Below are positions 62,957 to 64,000 of a stretch of 64,000 bases of DNA, in pieces. The DNA is from Botryllus schlosseri. Lineage: Eukaryota. Each line of letters starts with the position of its first letter. The first letter of the stretch is position 1. The notes under the pieces are model-generated. The model saw nothing but the letters and a program-made list of their open reading frames with translations, was not told the DNA's origin and searched no databases. Location: contig CM119377.1 in the NCBI GenBank assembly GCA_051294905.1, positions 10,540,001 to 10,604,000 of the forward strand, written 5' to 3'. A program made the translations under genes and the position numbers.

Positions 62957-64000
62957 CAGGGTTGTAACCAAGTCACATGGTTCCGAGTCACGAGTCAATC
63001 ATACTTTTGTGGTTTTGACTCGAGTCGAGTCGAGTCATTTTCAATTCATCACAGACTCGAGTCCGAGTCCAAGTCACCGTTTAAAGGGTCAAGTCCGAGT
63101 CATGGTGTTATGACTCGAGTCGAGTCCAAGTCACAGTATTGAAGTCATGTTCAACTCATGTTTTCAATCCTGCTTGGGTGATATCGAATTCCCTGTTTGC
63201 GAAACATGCTCATTTTGTCCCTATCAGAGTCTTGGCACGTGTTTATTTAGGCAGATAACGGACAGGTCCTGGCCTCATTTACCGATGCTAAAGATAACTT
63301 TACTAATCTTAGAACTTAAAATCAAATATCTCTCTTGTCAGTCTGATACATCACCAATACAAGCATTCAGTTTTTATTATGAACACATCGACGATAGCTC
63401 ACGAATAGCTGATAGAGAACCAACAAATTCACGTCAAGATACTAGTTGATGATAGAGAATCAATAGATGCATGTTTATGTAGAGGTATTTACAACAGGCC
63501 AGCATGCTGTAAAAGCGTGCATGCAACTATGTGCATTGTGCAGTGACAACAGAACAGATACCTTTTGATTATACTAAAGGTTTTCCCAATTGCATTACCG
63601 ACTACATCGCAGTTACAGCATTGGAGAAATAATTGTACAATGGGGCTGTTCAAAAACATTTTTTCAAATTTTTTGGCTACTTGCTAAAATTGCTAGATTG
63701 CCTAAAAATCGAATTTGGCTCAATTCCAACCAGTAGAAAGCAATGCTATGAAAGAAAATTTTAGACTAATTACAAATAGAGATTTTCGAATTTTACCGGC
63801 TATCTCATGATATTGTTACATTGTGTAAAAATATGATTCATAGCAAATTTGACTCAATTCCAATTAGAAAAAGTGAAGTTATTAGAGTAGAATGTTTTGG
63901 ATATGAAAAAATAGTCGGCTTACTACTATGTAATTATATTATATGAAAGAATTTCTCACTAAAATACTCCATTTATTTTCAAATCCAGAATATTCTCCTC
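62957..64000 (+). mobile_element. Second copy of the 32461 GACTCGAGTC-family element, running off the window end
   Basis: 62957-63480 aligns with 32461-33030, and 63680-64000 aligns with 33220-33550. Confidence 0.85.

Overview
AT-rich eukaryotic (animal) genomic DNA with GT-AG introns, several only 54-66 bp, and dense non-autonomous transposons. It looks like a compact invertebrate genome, possibly a tunicate, but that cannot be proved from this window. The window is a birth-and-death tandem array in which two unrelated families are interleaved on the + strand. The first is four BTB-BACK-Kelch genes with intronless CDS (two subfamilies: K1/K2 and K3/K4) plus one Kelch relic. The second is four 8-exon UNC-93-like MFS membrane genes (A-D; B carries a nonsense codon and a broken splice donor) plus two UNC-93 relics. 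The array ends tail-to-tail against an intronless eukaryote-type queuine tRNA-ribosyltransferase (QTRT1) on the - strand. Introns and intergenic DNA hold many hAT-type MITEs with 8-bp TSDs (some nested three deep), a TTAA-flanked piggyBac-like element, tRNA-derived SINEs, a ~42-bp minisatellite and a fold-back LINE-like remnant. I found no transposase ORF, rRNA gene, bona fide tRNA gene or CRISPR array. Exon coordinates were derived by hand from splice signals and paralog comparison.
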